Made by a program: the position numbers and the translations under genes. A stretch of DNA of 64,000 nucleotides from an uncultured bacterium. GTDB taxonomy: Bacteria; Verrucomicrobiota; Kiritimatiellia; CAIVKH01. Shown here piece by piece: positions 26,894-34,218 of this stretch. The stretch's first letter is position 1. Every line of letters starts with the position of its first letter. The DNA is taken from NCBI GenBank assembly GCA_903906425.1, contig CAIVKH010000124.1, positions 35,981 through 99,980 of the forward strand, written 5' to 3'. The notes beneath the pieces were generated by a model. It worked only from the letters and a program-made list of their open reading frames with translations, was not told the origin of the DNA and ran no database searches.

Positions 26894-29422
26894 TCAGGCG
26901 GCAGCGGCCGGTTCCGGTTTACGGGCGATGAACAGTTCGAGGAGCAGTGCGATGAGGGCAATGAGGCAGAGCGCGGTGCCTGCGACCTGGAGCCACAGCG
27001 TCGCGAGCGGCGGGGCGTATTTCAACGAGACTTCATGGTTTCCCGCGGGCACAAAGACGCCTTGGAAGAGGTAATCGCATCGCATGAGCGGCACGGGCTG
27101 GTTGTCGAGGGTGGCTTTCCAGTACGGCATGAACTTTTCGCAGGCGCGGAGGATCGAGGGCTTGTCGGAGGCGGTCTTGAGCGTGACCGCGCCGGTGCGG
27201 TACGAGGCGACATCGACCTTGCCGGCGATTCCGCTGCCGCTGCTCTCGGGGACGTTCGCGTCGGCGGGGACGTAGGCCTTTTCGAAGAGCGGCTTGTTCG
27301 GATCGGCGAGCGCGGCGAGGGTCTTATCGTCGTCGGATTTCTGCCAGGCGGCGAAGAGCGCGTAGCGCGGGGCGGGCGCGGTGATCTTCGCGAGCGTGTG
27401 CTGGCCGGGCGATGCACCGGTCGGGCTCACGATCGCTTCAACGCCGCGCTGCTGGACGTTGAACGACATCACCGGCTGGATTGTTCCCTTGAGAGCCGGG
27501 AGGGTTTCCAACTGCTTCTCGAACGGTGTCGGGAAAATCATCTGGCCAATTCCGCACAGCCGCCACATGCGGTCGGGGGTCGGGCCAAGTGCCGTGAGAA
27601 ATCGCTGGTAGTCATCCGGCATGCGAATCTGCGTGACGTTGAATGTGGAAATGTTGTGGTAGGGGAAAAGATAGGTAAGCCAGTGATTGTAAGTGATGGA
27701 GGCTTCCTGAAGTTCGCGGTAACGACCGGATTCCTGCATGAACAGGTATGCGCGCTGACCACCGCGGGTTGACTGGAGCGCATCGGTGACTTCGTTCCTG
27801 CCGATGATGTGCGATGCATCGACGGCCTCGACATAGTGCTGGCTGACGAGAAGTTGATCGACCGCCGCCAACGCGACGGCGATCCATGCGATGCGATTGC
27901 GCCACGCGGTCCATCCGGTTTTGTCGCGCGGCAAGAGCAGCATCAGGCCCCACGCGAGAAACATCATCCCCGCGCCTCGCAGAAGCGCACCGATCTGGAG
28001 CGAGACGATGACGGACGAGAAATTTCCCCAGCCGCGCGCCGCAAATTCCTGTGCACGAGCCGACTCGCCGGAGGCCGCGCCGAATCCCGCAAGCAGCAAG
28101 ATGACGGCAACGCCAAGCGCCGCCCATCGGAAGTTCTTGAACAGTTTGTTCCGCGCATCGGCCACGCTGACGTTGATGAGCCAGTCAAAGCCGACGGCCG
28201 CAAGAATGCCGAGCGCGAGCTGCGTGACTTGCATGAATTTCACCGGCGCGCGGATGGATGAGATGCCGGGAAGTGCGAAGAAGATTCGGTAGATCGGGCA
28301 GTATTTGCCGAGGCCGAGGATGAACGTCGCGAGCGCGACGGCTGACCAGAATAGAATTTCGCCGCGCGTGAACTTCATCTTCCTGCGTCCGAGGCCGAGC
28401 GCGATGGCGAGGAACGCGAACGCGACAGGAATCGCGCCGATGTAGAAATTTTCGAGTTTGAAGTTGTTTCCCGCCTGATGTTGATCCTCGGTTCCCGGCT
28501 GGCAGCCGAGCCTGCCCCAATACGGCCCTTCCTGCTCACCGGAGCGCCAGCCGTAGTAGCCGGGCGCGATCCACTCGATGGTTTCCTCGGGCGGCCAGCT
28601 CCATTGGGTGCAGTAATCCCACTGAGCTTTGTCATTGCCGCCAGCCGCGCCGGGCACGGCCGACGCAAAAAGTGATTTGCCCATCCATACCGGATGAAGT
28701 GCTAGCAAGGCGCCGACGATCATGGCGGGCGCGAAAACGCGAACCGCCATCTTCATGCGCCCTTCACCGGCGACGATGACACGATAGAGCGCGTAGCATC
28801 CGAACGGTAACGCGAAGAAGAGCGCGACGTCGGCCTGCTCGAGAAACATCCCTCCAAGTCCGCCGCCCGCGAGAACCGCGTTCGCCCATGACTTTCGACG
28901 GAATGCGGCTTCAATCTGCCAGAGATAGAACGCGGCGAAGACGAGCACACCGAATTTTCCGATGTGACCGGCGTAGGTCAGAAAGAACGAACTGCCGAGC
29001 CAGAACGCGGCCAGCACCGCGATCATCGCGGCGGCAGGATGGATCTTCCGCTCGCGGAAGAAGAGGATAAGGAAGATCGAGGCCGCGCAAAGATCGATGG
29101 CATGAATCCAATTTGCGAAGAAATTCACCGGCAACAGGCAGAGCAGGATGTTCGTCCACGTAATGTTCATGAACTCCGGCACGCCGCACAGGACGCTGTC
29201 GTTCCACCAACCCAAGAGCGAATACGGCATCGCCGCCTTGCGGAGCGCGAGCGCGCCGATGTTGTCGTCCGTGGTGAGGATGATGTGGCCGGGAACCAGT
29301 CCCGGCCGATAGACGAGCAGCCCGAAGACGATCGTCGCAACGATGGCCAGCGGCGTCGCCCACCAGGCAGGCGATGACGCGGGCGCTGCCGGCTGACCCG
29401 CGGAAGCGTTCTTGGATTTCAT
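26894..29422 (-). CDS. Large polytopic membrane protein, YfhO-like (GT-C type) candidate.
   Basis: 842 aa with many TM segments in the N-terminal two thirds and a single C-terminal TM. Tightly coupled to the GT2 gene. Family call is by appearance only. Confidence 0.45.
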   Translation of the reverse strand: MKSKNASAGQPAAPASSPAWWATPLAIVATIVFGLLVYRPGLVPGHIILTTDDNIGALALRKAAMPYSLLGWWNDSVLCGVPEFMNITWTNILLCLLPVNFFANWIHAIDLCAASIFLILFFRERKIHPAAAMIAVLAAFWLGSSFFLTYAGHIGKFGVLVFAAFYLWQIEAAFRRKSWANAVLAGGGLGGMFLEQADVALFFALPFGCYALYRVIVAGEGRMKMAVRVFAPAMIVGALLALHPVWMGKSLFASAVPGAAGGNDKAQWDYCTQWSWPPEETIEWIAPGYYGWRSGEQEGPYWGRLGCQPGTEDQHQAGNNFKLENFYIGAIPVAFAFLAIALGLGRRKMKFTRGEILFWSAVALATFILGLGKYCPIYRIFFALPGISSIRAPVKFMQVTQLALGILAAVGFDWLINVSVADARNKLFKNFRWAALGVAVILLLAGFGAASGESARAQEFAARGWGNFSSVIVSLQIGALLRGAGMMFLAWGLMLLLPRDKTGWTAWRNRIAWIAVALAAVDQLLVSQHYVEAVDASHIIGRNEVTDALQSTRGGQRAYLFMQESGRYRELQEASITYNHWLTYLFPYHNISTFNVTQIRMPDDYQRFLTALGPTPDRMWRLCGIGQMIFPTPFEKQLETLPALKGTIQPVMSFNVQQRGVEAIVSPTGASPGQHTLAKITAPAPRYALFAAWQKSDDDKTLAALADPNKPLFEKAYVPADANVPESSGSGIAGKVDVASYRTGAVTLKTASDKPSILRACEKFMPYWKATLDNQPVPLMRCDYLFQGVFVPAGNHEVSLKYAPPLATLWLQVAGTALCLIALIALLLELFIARKPEPAAAA

Positions 29423-29485
29423 GAGGGGCAGAAGATTGTCGGAGACGCACCGGCGATCAACCACGAAATGCTGTAATTCATCCGA

Positions 29486-30925
29486 TCATTTCGCGAGCTT
29501 CGTTTTGCCGGGCGTGTAGATTTCGTATGTGTCCATGCCGGTAGTTCCATCATCGCCTCCGAAAACCGCGATCCGGCCATCGGGCAACACGACGGTCGCA
29601 GAGCATACGCATCGCGCGCGATTCATCTTCGGCCAGGCGATCCATTCGTTCTTTTGCGCGTCGTAGGACTCGACACGATTCAAGGGCGCTCCGTAGGCGG
29701 CGACCGACGATCCACCGAGAACAACAAGATTGCCGTTTCCGATGGGAATACCAGCGTGATAAATGCTGCCCACGCTAATCTCGGGCCCCGGCCGCCATGT
29801 CTTCGTGCCCAAGTCGCCGAGCGTCGTCTCGATCATCGTCCCGGAAGAACTGTCGCCGCAGGCGAACATGATGCGCTGGTCTGGCAGCAGGACGGCAGAA
29901 TGATTTGCTCTTGCGGCGGGCATGTTGTCGGTGTCCAGAATCGAATCCGTCACCGGGTCATATCGAATCACGGTTGTAACCGGCTCTGTCGCGTTCGCAC
30001 CACCCGCGATTATGATCTGGCCATTTTCCAGTTCAGTGGCCGAGTGAGAAGATCGCGGCTCGAAATGCTGACGCGATGGCGTCCACTTGTCGGTGCCGGG
30101 ATTGAAAAACTCGGCGCTGCTCGAAATCTGCTGACTACCGATTGATCCGCCCATGAGGAAAATCCTGCCGTCATGAAGCGGTGTGGCAGAATGCAGGAGG
30201 CCATGCTTGAATACCGGACGAGTCGCGGTCCACTGCCCGATGGCCGGATCATATATGTCGGCGTCAGCAAGCCACTGCTGCGATGCGTTGTATCCTCCGA
30301 CAACAAGCACCCGCCCGTCATTCAGCAGCGTCGCGGAATGCAAATGCCGCCGTGCATGCATGGAATCGGTCTGACGAAATGTCTCCGTTGATGGATCGAA
30401 GATGCAACAAGTGGCCGTCTGATCATCGCGGCCTGCGTGCCCGCCTGCGATCAGCACCGTCCCGTCTTTCAAGACCGTTGCGGTGGCCCAACCGCGCGCG
30501 CCGGCGTCCATTTTCGCGATGCGCCACGATCCGTTTGTGGAGAGCGCGGGAAGACCGACGCACTTTGCCGGAACAGCAGCGATCCCGATGCGGGTGATAT
30601 TTGTCAGCAAAATGTCGATGGAGCCGATCATCGAAGCGATTGTGATTCGCTTTGCATCCCAGGTTCCGCTCAGGCTGTCGCCGTTCCGGAAAAGGAGCTT
30701 TGCATTTTTCTTCGCATCGAGCTGAACCTCGCGCAGCGATGACATCTTGATGGCGACATCGCCAAACTCCGCGGCGATTTTTATTTTTGCCGAGTCCGGC
30801 GTTCCGATGATCGTCGAGCCGTCGCGAAGACTGACCGTGAGCCGCAACGGCGGGTCACTCTCGGCGCGCATGCTCGCGCACGACGTGGCCAGAACGATCA
30901 ACATGCAACGAATGATCTTCGTCAT
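29486..30925 (-). CDS. Secreted Kelch-repeat beta-propeller protein.
   Basis: Signal MTKIIRCMLIVLATSCASMRA. Repeated motifs such as LKDGTVLIAGG, LNDGRVLVVGGY, LHDGRIFLMGG, LENGQIIIAGG and LPDGRIAVFGG. Confidence 0.8.
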   Translation of the reverse strand: MTKIIRCMLIVLATSCASMRAESDPPLRLTVSLRDGSTIIGTPDSAKIKIAAEFGDVAIKMSSLREVQLDAKKNAKLLFRNGDSLSGTWDAKRITIASMIGSIDILLTNITRIGIAAVPAKCVGLPALSTNGSWRIAKMDAGARGWATATVLKDGTVLIAGGHAGRDDQTATCCIFDPSTETFRQTDSMHARRHLHSATLLNDGRVLVVGGYNASQQWLADADIYDPAIGQWTATRPVFKHGLLHSATPLHDGRIFLMGGSIGSQQISSSAEFFNPGTDKWTPSRQHFEPRSSHSATELENGQIIIAGGANATEPVTTVIRYDPVTDSILDTDNMPAARANHSAVLLPDQRIMFACGDSSSGTMIETTLGDLGTKTWRPGPEISVGSIYHAGIPIGNGNLVVLGGSSVAAYGAPLNRVESYDAQKNEWIAWPKMNRARCVCSATVVLPDGRIAVFGGDDGTTGMDTYEIYTPGKTKLAK

Positions 30926-30972
30926 TTGAAACCCCGCTTCGTGAAACCGCACACCAAACTACACCCGCCGTC

Positions 30973-31416
30973 GTGGATGTCGATACCGGCGGGGAGCGGT
31001 TTCTTTACATGCATCCCAAGTGGGGCCACCCGGCCTGGCAGTCCGATTCGCGCACCATCGTCGAGGCGGGCAATCTGCTTTTCGACAGCGACACCGGCAG
31101 GAGCCGGAAGATCCCCGAACTGCCGTATTTCGGTTCCGGTCATCCCTCCGCCAGTCCGGACAGCACGCTTCTGGTCACCGACACGACGATGGATCGCGTC
31201 GGCGGGAATCCGAAGGAGTGGGGAATCGTCGTCGCCGACATGCGCGGGACAAACTTCGTCGTGGTTCATCACTTCGACAATTCACGCGGCGCACACTCAT
31301 GGCGCTCGTCGCATCCGCATCCCGTGTTCAGCGCCGACGGACGCCGCATCTATTTCAACGTGAGCAGCGGCCCCTGGACGCAATTGTTCGTCGCCGCCCA
31401 AGAGAAGTTCCAATGA
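30973..31416 (+). pseudogene. C-terminal remnant of a TolB-like / oligogalacturonate-lyase-like beta-propeller gene.
   Basis: The 147-aa ORF opens with GTG only 47 nt from the divergent Kelch start. It reads like the last blades only (SHPHPVFSADGRRIYFNVSSGPWTQLFV) and has no N-terminal domain or signal peptide. Confidence 0.4.
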
Positions 31417-31487
31417 TTGGAAACAAGCGATGACGGAAACTTCCAATCATTGGAACTCCACGCTGCGACAGCTTCCAAAGACTGGAA
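31408..31487. repeat. REP cluster 8: two canonical copies plus one variant.
   Basis: 31408-31422, 31441-31455, and the variant ttccaaagactggaa at 31473-31487. Confidence 0.9.
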
Positions 31488-31508
31488 GAAATGCACAGGC
31501 ATTCGCGG

Positions 31509-31646
31509 TCACGCGCCCGGCCGGTTGCGGCGGATCGTTTCGCCGTTGGTCGCGTTGCCCGCCACGACGTGATCCTTGAGCGGGAAGATGCGCTCGTGCA
31601 TCGCGCCGGAAATCCGCGCGGGCCCCGGGGGAAACGCGGCATTCAT
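31509..31646 (-). pseudogene. Relic copy C of the E1 gene 3' end (last 45 codons plus stop).
   Basis: Hand translation gives MNAAFPPGPARISGAMHERIFPLKDHVVAGNATNGETIRRNRPGA*. The intact E1 end reads [46 protein letters not shown] counted 30 mismatches over 138 aligned nt. Confidence 0.8.
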
Positions 31647-31712
31647 CGCGGCCCGGGGATATAAATTGGCGCATCCCTTGCATCTTCGCTCAAGTGGCGT
31701 ACCTCTTCGCCC

Positions 31713-32201
31713 ATGAATAAACTACTCGTCACAGCCATCGCCGTTGTCGCGCTTGCCATCGGTGCCACCGCCAAAACCTACAGCCTGCCCAAGGAGGACT
31801 CGATCGCCTCCGTCACCATCCCGGATGGATGGAAGGTGGAAGCCGAGGACGAAAGCCTCACGATTACGAGCAAGGATGAAACCATCGAGATCACGATGGA
31901 GATCCTCGGCGAAGACCAGCTCGAAGGCGCCATCATCGAAAACGTGGGCTACCTGAAGAAGCACAAGGTCAACATCGACGAGAAGTCCGAGAAGAAGACC
32001 TCCGGCGAGATCAACGGCCTGAAGGCCACCTTCTATGCCAAGACCGGCAAGGACGAAGACGGCCCGTGCAACATCAGCGAGATCTTCGTGCGCCTGTCCG
32101 ACAAGAAGCTCATTTCGATGCTCTACTGGGCCCCGGGCAAAATCGAGCAGGCCCAGCTCGATGACATCAAAACCATATTGAACAGCATCAAGAAGAAATA
32201 G
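31713..32201 (+). CDS. Small secreted hypothetical protein.
   Basis: 162 aa with signal peptide MNKLLVTAIAVVALAIGATA and Lys/Glu-rich mature composition. No motif recognised. Confidence 0.6.
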   Translation: MNKLLVTAIAVVALAIGATAKTYSLPKEDSIASVTIPDGWKVEAEDESLTITSKDETIEITMEILGEDQLEGAIIENVGYLKKHKVNIDEKSEKKTSGEINGLKATFYAKTGKDEDGPCNISEIFVRLSDKKLISMLYWAPGKIEQAQLDDIKTILNSIKKK

Positions 32202-32308
32202 CCCCCGCCCGAAGAATGGATGAAAGAGCCGGCCCTCGTGGACCGGCTCTTTGCTTTTGCCCCGCACGGCACCCCGGTCGGGGTTGCGCCAGACACTCAG
32301 ACCGCCGA

Positions 32309-32680
32309 CGCGCCCAAGTCCGCCGCCAACTTGCCCAAGTCCGTGACGAACTTGATCAAGGGCGTCGCCGCCGTGATCCGGACACGGCAAACTTGCCCAA
32401 GGACGCCGCAGTTTTGCCCACGCTCGCGATGTCCTCGACCGAGGACGCCACGAACTCGCCCAATGGAACGATGGACATGCCCTGGTTCGTCACCACCTTG
32501 CCCAAGGAAGCGGCGAACTCGCCTAAGGCCGTCGCCAGCTCGCCCAAAGAAACGGTGAACTTGCCCAAGGACGCGACAGACTTGCCCAAGGTGCTCGTGA
32601 ACTTGCCCAAGAAAACGATGGACTTGCTCAAGGACGCGGCAAACTTGCCTAAGTTCACGACGAACTTGCCCAAGTTTATC
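32309..32680. repeat. Array of about 18 tandem 21-bp units with core CTTGCCCAAG. It may encode a heptad-repeat protein.
   Basis: Core starts at 32309, 32330 and 32351, then 14 cores from 32392 to 32665 spaced every 21 bp. The 32351-to-32392 step is 41 bp, that is 2x21 minus 1. Seven cores are exact. Open frames exist on both strands (NLPKxxx on plus, LGKFxxS on minus). Confidence 0.9.
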
Positions 32681-32887
32681 GCGTCCGGAAGCTAAATCTT
32701 CGTCCGATTAGTCACGCAGACGGCTTAATTGCAGCGCCTTGCGTCACAAGTGGCAAAATCATCAAAAAATGCCGCCTGTCGGCTGGCAACCCGGCATCCT
32801 TCCTCGCCCCGGTTCGCCGGGACGCTCCCTTCAAAGATTTGTTCGATTTGTGTACTGGCTGAATTCATGAACCTCCGTGCGGAGCAC

Positions 32888-32934
32888 TTCCAATCATTGG
32901 AAATCACCGCCGCGACAACTTCCAAAGATTGGAA
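32888..32934. repeat. REP cluster 9: one canonical copy plus one variant.
   Basis: 32888-32902, and the variant ttccaaagattggaa at 32920-32934. Confidence 0.9.
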
Positions 32935-32994
32935 AAAATCAGGCGCGGGCATTTCTGCCCGCGCCGGTTCGCGTCCATTCGCGTTGATTCGCGC

Positions 32995-33180
32995 TTACAC
33001 GCCAAGTCTGTTGCGGCGGATCGCTTCGCCGTTGGTCGCGTTGCTGGTCACGCCGTGATCATTGAGCGGGATGATGCGCTCGTGGATGGCGTCGAGGATC
33101 CATGCGGGCTGCGGGAAGAAGTCGTTTTCCATTTCGGCGCAGGGCGTGATCCAGTTGCGCGAGCCGACGACGACGGGCGG
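32995..33180 (-). pseudogene. Relic copy B of the E1 gene 3' end (last 61 codons plus stop).
   Basis: Aligns without gaps to 34219-34404 with 12 mismatches over 186 nt (hand count). Ten of the 12 are synonymous. Homology stops abruptly after ...gacgacgacgggcgg. Confidence 0.9.
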
Positions 33181-33197
33181 CGAGTACAAAAGATCGA

Positions 33198-33887
33198 CTA
33201 TTTGCTCTTTATCAGCCACGCAAGTACCGCGCCGAGAACGGCACTGAAAGTTGCCAGCAGAACTTTGCTTTTAGTGTCTCTTGAAGCACGTTCAGTCTCG
33301 GTTTTGCGGCTGCGCTGTGTCCATTCCTGAAGTGCAGGAATTGCGGCGGCAATTCGAGACATGGCATCTGCCAATTCGGTCACGATTTTCCGGTATTCGC
33401 GGATAAGATCTAATGTCTCGTGTTTTGTAATGTCCTTGTTCGTGCGAATCGTGGCGACTTGCTGTGCGATTTGTTCCAGACGAGGGCGGATCGTGTGATA
33501 ATAGTCTGGAAACACCGCGGTGATGCATTCGTTTGAGTAGCCAGCAAGCATCTGAAGCGTCTTTTCGCGGAGCGAAATTTGCAGCCAGTCCGCCGCATCA
33601 AAGAACGCGCGAAATTCATGGCCTATGGCTTTGCGAAGCGACTGCTCGATATATTCAGAATCCGCCGGATTCCGCTGTTCGAGCATTCCCAATTCACAGG
33701 CCATGGCTCGCATGATGTGTTCGAGCGCGTGCCGCTGTTCCATCGCGGGCTGGAGAAAATCCAGCAATTCGGGATCTGTTTCTTCGGCGAGAATAAAAAG
33801 CGACTTGCAATGATTATGGATTTCAACCAATTCGCGCCAGAGTCGCTCGCAGGGCTTTGCGGAATTGCCCGGCTCCGCGCCGCTCAT
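33198..33887 (-). CDS. Hypothetical helical protein with a C-terminal transmembrane anchor (cargo gene 2).
   Basis: 229 aa with C-terminal VLLATFSAVLGAVLAWLI. Contains QRHALEH, which fits an Rx4H pattern. About 47% GC in the one 60-nt line I counted. Its ATG overlaps the stop of the upstream small ORF (ATGA). Confidence 0.6.
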   Translation of the reverse strand: MSGAEPGNSAKPCERLWRELVEIHNHCKSLFILAEETDPELLDFLQPAMEQRHALEHIMRAMACELGMLEQRNPADSEYIEQSLRKAIGHEFRAFFDAADWLQISLREKTLQMLAGYSNECITAVFPDYYHTIRPRLEQIAQQVATIRTNKDITKHETLDLIREYRKIVTELADAMSRIAAAIPALQEWTQRSRKTETERASRDTKSKVLLATFSAVLGAVLAWLIKSK

Positions 33888-34084
33888 GGGAGGCTGCGCG
33901 CCATCACGTCGCGCCGCTTAGTTTCAAACCTCTCCGTCGTGTAGATGCGGGATGATGAAATCCTCACACTACCGCGAAATCGTCCGCTTTCGTTCGTGGT
34001 CACCTGAACCGTACGTTCCGAGACCGGACGATCCGAAGGAAAGTCACGCGTCAGAACGGCTCGCCATTCCAAGAGTTTCGTCAT
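33884..34084 (-). CDS. Small basic hypothetical protein (66 aa, cargo gene 1).
   Basis: ATG 34084 is preceded by GGAGGA with a 6-nt spacer. Translationally coupled to the 229-aa gene. No motif recognised. Confidence 0.5.
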   Translation of the reverse strand: MTKLLEWRAVLTRDFPSDRPVSERTVQVTTNESGRFRGSVRISSSRIYTTERFETKRRDVMARSLP

Positions 34085-34218
34085 CACATTTCCTCCGCTG
34101 CTCATTGGCGGTGCAGTCTATTCAAGACATCACAACGATGTCCACCCGTAATTTGTAGTCTTCTAAACTCGATTGCAAGTTGGCACTCATTTCGTCTGCG
34201 CAGTGAAGTTTTGTCAAT

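Noticed and set aside
31722-32390. 222-aa minus-strand ORF opposite the small secreted-protein gene.
   Set aside because: It is antisense to a plus-strand ORF that has a good signal peptide. Its own translation is Gly/Arg/Asp-rich (GGLGRVGG...), and its N-terminus only reflects one frame of the 21-bp array.
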